Positions 27,058 through 35,185 of a stretch of DNA of 64,000 nt are shown piece by piece. Origin of the DNA: a virus. A program made the translations under genes and the position numbers. Each line of letters starts with the position of its first letter. Positions within the stretch are counted from its first letter, which is position 1. The stretch spans positions 1 through 64,000 of the IMG/VR virus record IMGVR_UViG_3300046007_007028; one strand, given 5' to 3'. The notes under the pieces are model-generated. The model saw nothing but the letters and a program-made list of their open reading frames with translations, ran no database searches and was not told the origin of the DNA.

Positions 27058-27924
27058 ATGCAATTACAGAAAGCAACCCGGAAGAAGACGAAGCTACGGC
27101 TAAATCTTTCGGCCCCTTCAGGTGCGGGAAAGACCTATTCAGCCCTTCTTATGGCCAAAGGATTGGTCGGGGATTGGGACAAAATTGCCGTTATTGATAC
27201 CGAAAACGGTTCGGCATCTCTGTACGAACACCTCGGCCCGTTCAACGTCATTGACCTTGCCCCACCATTTTCCCCGGAGCGATACATACAAGCCATTGAC
27301 GCTTGTGTTGCCGCTGGGATGGAGTGCATTATCATTGACTCCAGTTCACACGAATGGAGCGGCCCCGGAGGGTGTCTGGAGTCAAACGACGCACTTGCCG
27401 CTGCAAAGTTTAAAGGAAACAATTGGGCCGCCTGGAACGAAACGACGCCCCGCCACGAACGCTTTGTGAGCAAGGTGCTTCACTGCGACGCTCACGTAAT
27501 TACCTGCACCCGTTCCAAGATGGAGACCGTTCAGGAAGGGGGAAAGATAAAGAAGTTGGGTATGAAGGACATCCAAAGGGAAAACTGGGAGTACGAATTA
27601 ACCGTATCGCTATCAATTGATAGAGATACCCACATGGCGGTCCCAAGCAAGGACCGTACGCAACTGTTTGAGGGCACAGCTCCATTTGTCATCACCGAAG
27701 AAACCGGTAAACTGATAAAGGCATGGTGCGAAACCGGCGTGGTGGACCCGGTCAATGAGTTCCGGGACAAGTTGCGCAAGGTTATTGACAACCCGCTTAT
27801 CACTCCAGAGGAACGGGCTAAGTGGGAGAACTGGATGCCGTCTGGCACGGCAGAAACCCTTCAGGGACAGATTGCAAAAGCACAGGAAATGATTAACCAA
27901 CGCACCAATGAACCTCAACCGTGA
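27058..27924 (+). CDS. AAA_24/Sak4-like ATPase (recombination)
   Basis: APSGAGKTYSAL, IAVIDTENGSA, IIIDSSSHEW, EYELT. Confidence 0.88.
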   Translation: MQLQKATRKKTKLRLNLSAPSGAGKTYSALLMAKGLVGDWDKIAVIDTENGSASLYEHLGPFNVIDLAPPFSPERYIQAIDACVAAGMECIIIDSSSHEWSGPGGCLESNDALAAAKFKGNNWAAWNETTPRHERFVSKVLHCDAHVITCTRSKMETVQEGGKIKKLGMKDIQRENWEYELTVSLSIDRDTHMAVPSKDRTQLFEGTAPFVITEETGKLIKAWCETGVVDPVNEFRDKLRKVIDNPLITPEERAKWENWMPSGTAETLQGQIAKAQEMINQRTNEPQP

Positions 27925-28096
27925 ACTGACCTGCATCATTTCCGACGCCCGGTTGTTTAGCGACGCTGACCGCACCCGATTCAGGGAGCGGACGGCTCGC
28001 AGGCCGGTGGAACAGGTTGTTGCCGTGGCCCGTCGGGTGGAAGCGGCAAGGTGGAAGAAGTGGAAAGAAGAGCATCGTAATTTTTTGATAGGATGA
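27908..28096 (+). CDS. Hypothetical protein
   Basis: Coupled on both sides. Confidence 0.55.
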   Translation: MNLNRELTCIISDARLFSDADRTRFRERTARRPVEQVVAVARRVEAARWKKWKEEHRNFLIG

Positions 28097-28605
28097 ATTT
28101 ATTCAACATTACACACGAACGCAAGCTGCTTATGCAGCAGTTGGAAGCCGCAGACGGGGAGGCGTCAGAGGAGCTTCTGGAAGAACTTGCAATCAATCGG
28201 TCAAACTTTGAAGAAAAGGCCGAAGGATACGCCTACATGATGCGCAAACTCGAAACGGATGTGAATGCCGTCAAAAGCGAAATCGACCGCCTGACGGCCC
28301 TAAAAACGGCAAAAGAAAGGGCATACGAACGCCTTGAAAAGACTTTGCTTGATGCCGTTGTTCAATACGGGGAGAAAGGCAAGGACGACGTGGCAAGGGC
28401 CGAGGTTGGGACTTTCCGGTTTTCAACCCGTCGCAATCCCGCTTCGGTTGAGATTTTGGATGAAGAGGCTATTCCAGAGGAGTACAAGGTGAGCAAGACG
28501 ACGGTGAGCGTAAGCAAGACGACGATCAAAAACGCCTTGTCTTTGGGGCAGTCCGTTCCGGGGGCGCAGATGAAGGAGGGGGACTTGAGGCTGGTTGTGA
28601 AGTAA
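28093..28605 (+). CDS. Siphovirus Gp157-family protein
   Basis: EEKAEGYA...EIDRL...RRNPASVEILDEEAIPEEY...IKNAL..G..VPGA. Confidence 0.9.
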   Translation: MNLFNITHERKLLMQQLEAADGEASEELLEELAINRSNFEEKAEGYAYMMRKLETDVNAVKSEIDRLTALKTAKERAYERLEKTLLDAVVQYGEKGKDDVARAEVGTFRFSTRRNPASVEILDEEAIPEEYKVSKTTVSVSKTTIKNALSLGQSVPGAQMKEGDLRLVVK

Positions 28606-28616
28606 AAAAATGTTTT

Positions 28617-28765
28617 TACATTTGCAGCGGATAGAAAACCAAGCTGAACCGGTTTATTGCCCAACCAACCCCTCATAGGGCAAAAGTGTGCATCCTAATT
28701 ACCGGTTCAGCCATAGTTTAGCAATAAGCTATGCGGTTTTTGGGGTGCACACTTTTGTTTTGCCC
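28617..28765 (+). promoter_or_regulatory. Promoter plus kissing-loop leader (copy 2)
   Basis: TACATTTG; AAACC[AAGCUGAACC]GGUUU; long stem 28681-28757 presenting GUUCAGC beside a GCAA-tetraloop hairpin. Confidence 0.7.
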
Positions 28766-29090
28766 CTCTTTGGTTTTGACTTTCTACCATAGTCCAAAGA
28801 CAAAAAGAAAGGCCGTTTGATCCGGCTGGGAGTAATCCTGAAAACTCGACCACACACAGGCTTGCGATTAAGTCCTGCTCTGACCCAAGGTGTCAACAGG
28901 CAACTGGTGCCGGAAGGTAGTAAGTCTGATGAACGAAACACCCAAAGCTGTTAAAGCTGAAGTTAATAAGAATTGGGACAGGACGGAAGTGGTGGTTTGG
29001 GTTGAAGTGTTAATAGGAGACACTTAAATCTTGGTACATGGGGAACCTATACACCAGGATAAAAACCTTCCTATGATTAAAAACCAATAA
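28766..29090 (+). ncRNA. Candidate large structured non-coding RNA
   Basis: No convincing ORF; consecutive hairpins including GGGA-GUAA-UCCU. Confidence 0.35.
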
Positions 29091-29093
29091 TTT

Positions 29094-29414
29094 ATGCTAC
29101 TCCACACAATCGAACGAGGCAAGTATGCGAGGGTGGTCGCTGAAAGGGTGGTTTACATTGAAGCATCCGGTCAGGACCAAACAACCCTGCACATGACAGA
29201 CAAACGGATGATTGCGGTACGTGGTGCATTGGGATTGATTGCGGCCAAATTCCCGACCTTTTCTCAGGCTGCCAAATATTGCTATGTGAATCCGGACCAT
29301 GTTTATTCCGTTCGGGTAATTGGTATGAGGGTTCATATTAAGTTTGGGAATGGGGAGAAGCTGGAGGTGGGCCGGAGCAAAAAATTCTACAAACAATTTT
29401 TGTCGTCCCTTTGA
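29094..29414 (+). CDS. Stand-alone LytTR DNA-binding domain protein
   Basis: VVYIEASG...LH...R.AL...F...YVNPDHV...NGEKLEVGR matches the LytTR layout. Confidence 0.8.
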   Translation: MLLHTIERGKYARVVAERVVYIEASGQDQTTLHMTDKRMIAVRGALGLIAAKFPTFSQAAKYCYVNPDHVYSVRVIGMRVHIKFGNGEKLEVGRSKKFYKQFLSSL

Positions 29415-29468
29415 GGGGTTTGGTCGAAGAATTTATATCTGATTGAGAGGGTGAAATATTTTTGAAAC

Positions 29469-29729
29469 ATGGAAGCAACAAAACCAACAAAACAACAAAT
29501 CAACGCTGCGGCACTGGAGGTGATTGCTCGTATTTCTGAAGGTAAGGAACGTGAGAGGCTGGAGAGGGAGGTAGGGGAGGTTCTAAATAAACCAAGAAAC
29601 ATAATTGGAAATGCTTTATGGAATAACGATAATCTAGCATTTTCTTTTTGGCCTACTTGGATAGACTGTTGTAATTCAAATGGATACCTTGTCGCCACCT
29701 TCAAACTCAAATCCCGCAAAACCGTTTAA
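29469..29729 (+). CDS. Hypothetical protein
   Basis: TATTTTTG promoter just upstream. Confidence 0.65.
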   Translation: MEATKPTKQQINAAALEVIARISEGKERERLEREVGEVLNKPRNIIGNALWNNDNLAFSFWPTWIDCCNSNGYLVATFKLKSRKTV

Positions 29730-29762
29730 GAACATCCAAAACAAAACTTTAACAAAAAACAA

Positions 29763-29966
29763 ATGGAAGCAAAAGAATTTTACGACAAAAGATTAAAAGA
29801 AGATGGCACTATTGGTAGTGTTCAGCTTATGGAAGAGTATGCAAAACACATTATTGAAATAAATTTTTGCGATGGAATCTCAATTGAATTTAATAAGCTG
29901 TCAGTAGAAGATTTAAAACGTATGCATAGGGCGGTAAGCTTATGTGTCATGTGGGTCAACACTTAA
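29763..29966 (+). CDS. Hypothetical protein (AT-rich)
   Basis: A-rich start. Confidence 0.6.
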   Translation: MEAKEFYDKRLKEDGTIGSVQLMEEYAKHIIEINFCDGISIEFNKLSVEDLKRMHRAVSLCVMWVNT

Positions 29967-29987
29967 TTACTTAACCAAACCATTCAA

Positions 29988-30491
29988 ATGATCTTCCTGC
30001 AAACCTCCGCCACGACCTTCCACCAGATTGATGCTGGGGAGGTGGTATTTATTAACACAACAATCAATACAATCTTGCACAAGGATAATATTATCAATTA
30101 TTCCGATGACTTTGAGGGCAGGATTGTTCAGGAATTGGTTCGGGCCAATCCAATGATTTCTAAAGTGAACGAATCGGAGTATCTGAATCGGAACAAGATT
30201 GACCGGATTGAAAGGATTGGATACGACTACCATGCCTACATTTCCGGAAGTCCATTTAGACTCGACCCCAACTGCCTTCTGGTCCACCTTACATTCAAAA
30301 AAAGCTATGTGAAAACAGCAAAGCAATACATCAATAACTTGGACAACCAGGGCATCATTGATTCAATAATCCTTGGTCCGGGAACCGTGGAACACAAAAT
30401 ACGGAGGATTGCAAAAGAGGACATTGGCGAAACGGTCAATACCTACTACATCAACAAAAGGAAGAGGGAATTGAAAGCGAAAAACAAATAA
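29988..30491 (+). CDS. Divergent LytTR-like protein
   Basis: IDAGEVVFI...ISKVNESEYLNRNKIDRIE resembles LytTR. Confidence 0.5.
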   Translation: MIFLQTSATTFHQIDAGEVVFINTTINTILHKDNIINYSDDFEGRIVQELVRANPMISKVNESEYLNRNKIDRIERIGYDYHAYISGSPFRLDPNCLLVHLTFKKSYVKTAKQYINNLDNQGIIDSIILGPGTVEHKIRRIAKEDIGETVNTYYINKRKRELKAKNK

Positions 30492-30495
30492 GAGC

Positions 30496-30756
30496 ATGAA
30501 AACCAAAAACATCCGGGACTTTGTAATCGTCCCAACAACGCCCGAAGAGGCGCAAAAGGTAGCAGATCGGCTGGTGGAGATGGGGGAGCCTGTATTTGAG
30601 CCGGAGGAGTTTGCTAAATGTTTTAATCGTTTCCGATGGGTGACGTTTGATGGGGATGATTGGGTCCAAAATAAGCCAAATTTTGAAAACCGCCCCCGCA
30701 TCTCAGCAGCCGATTTTTTGGCGGGGGATACTCAAAAGATTTTGGAGGTGGAGTAA
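30496..30756 (+). CDS. Hypothetical protein
   Basis: 86 aa ORF. Confidence 0.65.
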   Translation: MKTKNIRDFVIVPTTPEEAQKVADRLVEMGEPVFEPEEFAKCFNRFRWVTFDGDDWVQNKPNFENRPRISAADFLAGDTQKILEVE

Positions 30757-30821
30757 GTATTCAACCAAAACCAATCCAGAGCCGTAAAAAGCAACAAAAT
30801 AAAAACCTTTAATTTTACGAC

Positions 30822-32078
30822 ATGAAAAACCTCTTTCTCCTCGCAGCCTTCCTGATGGTATTGGGAAGCTGCACACGCAAACTTATCACGCCACAAACCG
30901 ACGAATTGGTTGTAACCTCCGACGAAGTTCCTGGACCACAAGAACTGTCAATGTTCCGCACCGCAAGTGAACCGGATTTCTGGGAACCAACTTACCGAAG
31001 CTACCGGATTGTTCCGTTCTACATCGAAGTTGATTCAATCTACAACGCTCACTGGCGACCTTTTACCGAAGACACGGTAAGAGCCAGATTTGCCAGGATT
31101 GCATGGAACATGGAACGCCAGACGGGACTAAGGTTTACAATTAGCCAAATCAAAATCCTAACCCGCCACGACATTGTAAGCCGTCAGACAAACGGAAATA
31201 ATATGCTGTTTCAGTTTTCATCAACGGTTCCAAGGGTAGGCAACAACTTTATGCTAAGGATCTCAGGACGTTCTGGATTAGGTGGTTCGGCCTTCATATC
31301 CAGAGGAAGCCTGACAACTGCACCATACGCCATTTCTGGCTTCGGCAAAGCGATTGCAGGAGGGTTTGATAAGCCCGGAAACGACGAGTACGCCATTGGC
31401 CACGAAATCCTGCATAACTTGGGAATCTCACATTCCCATAACTGTTGCGAGTGGTACACCAAGGACGGCAGACCATTGGGCAGACTTGATTCAGCAGCAG
31501 CCGGGGAAACAACTTGTTCACCTGTTCCGATCCGTTGTAACAGGACGACCATACGCCAATCGGGAGGCTGGAATAGTTATGCTCATATTTGGGGACAGGC
31601 AACCTACACCCTGCATCCATCGGTATTGGCTAAGCTACATCGGGCCGTGTTTTATTCAAGCCTTCAGACTTATACCCCGACACAACCACCATTACCACCC
31701 GTTACTACTTGCAGCACTCAGGTAGCCCACACATCAGCCACAGGAAGTCATCCGGGCTTTGATAAGGCATTGGATGGTATTGACAACACAAACGCTTCCA
31801 GATGGGTTGTAAATGCCCCACAAACAAGCCTGACCTTGACCTACAACAATGCCAGCGTGGATTGCATCCGGATATGGACAGGGTACTTGTCTGGCTCAAC
31901 ATGGGGCAGCCCAATCAGGCAAGCAATCGTATCGGTAAACGGCACTCAGTTATTAGCCGTTCCTGGTGCTTTGGAGATCAACATTCCGGTTAATCGGGCT
32001 GGGGTGAATACCATTAAGATTGATTTCTTTGCGTTGGATAGCCATGTAAGAATTAGAGAGGTTAGGGTTTTGGATTAG
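30822..32078 (+). CDS. Lipoprotein metzincin (reprolysin/M12-like) metallopeptidase with C-terminal discoidin/F5-8-like domain
   Basis: Lipobox VLGSC; HEILHNLGISH (HExxHxxGxxH, 31401-31433); KALDG...SRW and VRIREVRV. Confidence 0.85.
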   Translation: MKNLFLLAAFLMVLGSCTRKLITPQTDELVVTSDEVPGPQELSMFRTASEPDFWEPTYRSYRIVPFYIEVDSIYNAHWRPFTEDTVRARFARIAWNMERQTGLRFTISQIKILTRHDIVSRQTNGNNMLFQFSSTVPRVGNNFMLRISGRSGLGGSAFISRGSLTTAPYAISGFGKAIAGGFDKPGNDEYAIGHEILHNLGISHSHNCCEWYTKDGRPLGRLDSAAAGETTCSPVPIRCNRTTIRQSGGWNSYAHIWGQATYTLHPSVLAKLHRAVFYSSLQTYTPTQPPLPPVTTCSTQVAHTSATGSHPGFDKALDGIDNTNASRWVVNAPQTSLTLTYNNASVDCIRIWTGYLSGSTWGSPIRQAIVSVNGTQLLAVPGALEINIPVNRAGVNTIKIDFFALDSHVRIREVRVLD

Positions 32079-32496
32079 GTTGCATAAAGTTCCGCAGATA
32101 AGCGAAGGCACAAATAGCGTTGGCTTTAGCAAGGGATTTGGGCTTTTGCTTATGTGCTGTTAGCAGAAGTACGGTCAATTTTAAACGAATTTTTAACTTA
32201 AATAAATAACAAAATGAAAGTAACAGTAACAGAGGATTTAGGTATCCAATTAGAAGAAGTTTTTAGCGGTTTAACTTTAAAAACCGAAAGTGGGGAAACA
32301 ATGTCAATTTGTATGCGAGATAGTGGCTTTGAGTTTAATTATCAAGGCGAGTGGTATTTTGCAAAAGAAGGATATGTTGAGCCATTTCACAAGTCAGTTA
32401 GAGATAACTATTTAGTTTCTGAATTGCAAAGACACGACCATAATTTAGATGCAGATGCAATGCCTGTTAGTAACGGTCAGTAGTATTTCTGCTAAC
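32079..32496 (+). mobile_element. Integron-like gene cassette (degenerate attC, ORF, inverse core)
   Basis: Imperfect palindrome GCAGATAAGCGAAG/TTTTGCTTATGTGC ending in GTTAGCAGAAGTAC (32159-32172); complementary GTATTTCTGCTAAC (32483-32496) at the ORF stop. Confidence 0.6.
32214..32483 (+). CDS. Hypothetical cassette protein
   Basis: AT-rich 89 aa ORF inside attC-like borders. Confidence 0.75.
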   Translation: MKVTVTEDLGIQLEEVFSGLTLKTESGETMSICMRDSGFEFNYQGEWYFAKEGYVEPFHKSVRDNYLVSELQRHDHNLDADAMPVSNGQ

Positions 32497-32540
32497 TCGT
32501 AAATATCCGCAATCAACCTAACCAACAAAACCAGCGAAAG

Positions 32541-32897
32541 ATGAACTACGAAAAGCTATTTAATTATTTCCATGAGCAACATGGGATAAGTCTGTTGCTA
32601 ACAGATATGCAGGAGGTTGCCCGTATTGTTAAGGAAGTGGAAGAGCCGGGAAGCACGAAGCCAACTTGTCCGATAATTGACGTTTGTGGGTTTACTATTG
32701 ACTTGCGAAAAGTTGAGCGTGTTACTCCGGTCGGTGGCGATAAAAACCATTTGTCATATATGGTTTATTTTACAGGCGGCAATAAAATAGAAATTCCTCA
32801 TGCACAGCAATTTGCCAACGGGAAGAAATTTGACCACATGGAACGGGAAAAGTTTGTTGAATTATGGAAATCTTTTAATCTGAGTATCCATGCTTGA
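32541..32897 (+). CDS. Hypothetical protein
   Basis: 118 aa ORF. Confidence 0.7.
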   Translation: MNYEKLFNYFHEQHGISLLLTDMQEVARIVKEVEEPGSTKPTCPIIDVCGFTIDLRKVERVTPVGGDKNHLSYMVYFTGGNKIEIPHAQQFANGKKFDHMEREKFVELWKSFNLSIHA

Positions 32898-33099
32898 AAT
32901 CCTCATAACCGGCTTCCTTCTGTTTGTGGCTTATGTCATCTATCACCACAACCGCTACACCTACGGCCACTGCAACGGCATACCGGCGCGGAAGCATTGG
33001 GCATCTGGAGTGGTTGAGATGAAGTTGGAGCAGGAATGGGTCGTGATGTCCCGGAAATATTGGAAGGAGTTTACAGCGTATAAAGACCTTGAAAAGTGA
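32890..33099 (+). CDS. Small membrane-anchored protein
   Basis: N-terminal TM segment. Confidence 0.6.
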   Translation: MLEILITGFLLFVAYVIYHHNRYTYGHCNGIPARKHWASGVVEMKLEQEWVVMSRKYWKEFTAYKDLEK

Positions 33100-33120
33100 G
33101 AATTTGGTTAAATGACTGGA

Positions 33121-33150
33121 AAGGCCGCTTGAATTTTGAGCGGTTTTTTT
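33121..33150 (+). terminator. Intrinsic terminator ending the plus-strand arm
   Basis: GCCGCTT...GAGCGG-T7. Confidence 0.8.
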
Positions 33151-33162
33151 ATTTCCCTTCCA

Positions 33163-33372
33163 TTATTTCTCTGGCATATCCACCTTGTTATACTTGCTAA
33201 CCAATCGCCTAAACTGGTCCACAAATTGACCTAAAATATAGATCAGGATTGCATCGGTTGTGTCTATCTTCCCAAATTTGTAAAGCCATCCAACTCCAAT
33301 AAGAAGCCCGACAAGGATTGCGCTTGTTAAAAGGAAGGAGATAAACTGAATTGTTCTTTGCCAATCCCACAT
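33163..33372 (-). CDS. Two-TM membrane protein, holin candidate
   Basis: 69 aa, two hydrophobic segments, charged C-terminus, near the endolysin. Confidence 0.5.
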   Translation of the reverse strand: MWDWQRTIQFISFLLTSAILVGLLIGVGWLYKFGKIDTTDAILIYILGQFVDQFRRLVSKYNKVDMPEK

Positions 33373-33387
33373 TCCACAAAAATATCT

Positions 33388-33515
33388 TATATTTGCATGG
33401 CTTCCAATAGGAAGCAACCAACGGACTAGGTTGGACAAGAAACTGGGAGAAATCCCATAACACGGCCCTGAATTGGCGTAGCTAGTCCCTGCGTTGATTT
33501 GGGGCTTTTGTTTTT
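33388..33515 (+). promoter_or_regulatory. Promoter plus kissing-loop leader (copy 3)
   Basis: TATATTTG; CCAAC[GGACUAG]GUUGG; GAAA-tetraloop hairpin; 18-bp GU-rich hairpin with loop CUAGUCC; U tract. Confidence 0.75.
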
Positions 33516-33518
33516 AAG

Positions 33519-34031
33519 ATGGATAAGTATTTAAAATTTGTTGAAGCAGGGCTAAGAGTTTCTAAGGATGGAGTAGTCTACGGCAAAAGAGGGAAAGAAA
33601 GAGTATTATTCACCAACAATTCAGGTTATTCAATAACCCATTTTCTATATAAGGGGAATCCCATAAACGTCTTGGTGCATCGACTTGTCGCAATGGCATT
33701 TATCCAAAATCCATTGGGTCTTTCTCAGGTAAACCATATCAACGGGATAAAATCCGACAATCGAGTGGAAAATTTAGAATGGTGCTCTGTGAGCCAAAAC
33801 ATACGTCACAGATTTTCATCTGGCATAACATCTTTGCAATCGCAATCTCGTCCTTCTTTACAAAATGGAAGATGCAGGAAGGTGCACCAAATTAAAAATG
33901 GGGTAATTATTGATACATTCCCTTACATGGTGGCTGCCGCACAAGCTGTTGGCGGCACAGCCTCGTGCATTAGAAATGTTTGTGCTGGTAGGGCTTCATC
34001 GCACAAGGGCTTTCAATGGGAGTACGCTTGA
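33519..34031 (+). CDS. HNH homing endonuclease with NUMOD1
   Basis: VHRLVAMAFIQNP...VNHINGIKSDNRVENLEW; C-terminal NUMOD1. Confidence 0.92.
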   Translation: MDKYLKFVEAGLRVSKDGVVYGKRGKERVLFTNNSGYSITHFLYKGNPINVLVHRLVAMAFIQNPLGLSQVNHINGIKSDNRVENLEWCSVSQNIRHRFSSGITSLQSQSRPSLQNGRCRKVHQIKNGVIIDTFPYMVAAAQAVGGTASCIRNVCAGRASSHKGFQWEYA

Positions 34032-34061
34032 TCCTTTTGCCTGTTATGTCGGAGTTGAATT

Positions 34062-34505
34062 TCATGGCTTCACAATCAACAATCCTTTTGCATTTGGGAC
34101 CCACCTTGAGTCTGCATGAAGCCATCGCGGGGTCGCAGAAATGTCCTCTACGGCCCTGATAGACGTTTTGGCAATTACCTCTTCCTGGTTATCCAAAAGC
34201 CACTTGTATAGCTCCTCAACAGTCATATCCGGACTATCAAAGTCGGTGGCGTTCATTTTGTAGGAATGCTGGCTCCACGGATTGAAAGACGGTGCGTCGG
34301 GCGTTCTCAGGCCCCGCCAGAAATGTACGGGGTTCTTGGTGTGCCAGTTGTTTACAACAAGGCGCACTCCTGTCCGGGTCCGGAGCCACTGCATTGCCTC
34401 AACTTGCTCCCTGACCAGAAACCACGTAGAATTTGCGCCCCACTTTTGATAGGTGGACCGGCTTACAAATTCTTGGATGTCAAAGTTGGTTGTGAGATTG
34501 CCCAT
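34062..34505 (-). CDS. Endolysin, peptidase M15-like
   Basis: NFDIQEF, RGLR, SQH...ATDF, WLHAD Zn-peptidase motifs. Confidence 0.82.
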   Translation of the reverse strand: MGNLTTNFDIQEFVSRSTYQKWGANSTWFLVREQVEAMQWLRTRTGVRLVVNNWHTKNPVHFWRGLRTPDAPSFNPWSQHSYKMNATDFDSPDMTVEELYKWLLDNQEEVIAKTSIRAVEDISATPRWLHADSRWVPNAKGLLIVKP

Positions 34506-34575
34506 TAGTCCACAAAATAATGGGTTTGGTCGAAAACTGCAAAATGGATTTATTGGGAAGGGGTAGGTTTGGGGA

Positions 34576-34764
34576 ATGGAAAATACTTATACTCCAATCA
34601 TTGTAGACCTTGTTTACACCAATTTTGAATCCAATCTTTTAAAGCAAGATGGGAAGAAAATAGATATGGGGAAATTATCTATCACCGCAATTTTGGCAAC
34701 CCAAAAGGACGTTGAGGGAATAATCAATCAACTGGAAATCATCAAACATTGTTTTAAGAAGTAA
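34576..34764 (+). CDS. Hypothetical protein
   Basis: TAGGTTTG promoter upstream. Confidence 0.6.
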   Translation: MENTYTPIIVDLVYTNFESNLLKQDGKKIDMGKLSITAILATQKDVEGIINQLEIIKHCFKK

Positions 34765-34934
34765 TGAAACAAATCCTTCTAACCCTAATCGACCGCCTAT
34801 TCCCCGCCAAGTGCAAGCATGAGTGGGAGGATAAATATATGGTTTCGGTAAAAAATGAGATTGGTCAAGTATATAAGACAAGAGTAACTTTGGCTTGCAA
34901 ACATTGTGGTGAGATTAAACAGATGAGTTTATGA
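34764..34934 (+). CDS. Small Zn-ribbon protein, 56 aa (not in ORF track)
   Basis: Manual translation: CKHEW...CKHCG; coupled on both sides. Confidence 0.65.
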   Translation: MKQILLTLIDRLFPAKCKHEWEDKYMVSVKNEIGQVYKTRVTLACKHCGEIKQMSL

Positions 34935-35185
34935 CAAAAATCAAATTTATTGCTGTCCCAATCCGTATCGGGAAAGCAGCAGCCCTAAATCAATGGCTTG
35001 ACGGCTTTTGTGAAATCCACGACATTGATAGAGACAAAGTCAATGTCGTAATGGCTGGGAAATCTGCTGTGCTAAGAATTACGATTGCCAGTTTAGAGCA
35101 TATCAAACTTTTGTCGGACGGGTTGAAGGATGTGGTGGAGAAGGCGCCTACCTCAACCCCGCAAAATACTCAACCGACCTCCTGA
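34931..35185 (+). CDS. Hypothetical protein
   Basis: Coupled; converges on the lipoprotein gene. Confidence 0.55.
   Translation: MTKIKFIAVPIRIGKAAALNQWLDGFCEIHDIDRDKVNVVMAGKSAVLRITIASLEHIKLLSDGLKDVVEKAPTSTPQNTQPTS

Noticed and set aside
28889-28942. Hammerhead-like core: GGTGTC ... CTGATGA-AC-GAAACACC with a 5-bp stem III
   Set aside because: Only 2 nt lie between CUGAUGA and GAAA (no stem II) and there is no credible stem I; not a canonical hammerhead. A cleavage assay would settle it.
10209-33150. Near-identical terminators at 10209-10240 (minus) and 33121-33150 (plus)
   Set aside because: The similarity is real but short and explained by a shared terminator style; no evidence of an inversion system.
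34885-34892. TAACTTTG promoter match
   Set aside because: Lies inside the small Zn-ribbon ORF of a coupled operon; probably incidental.
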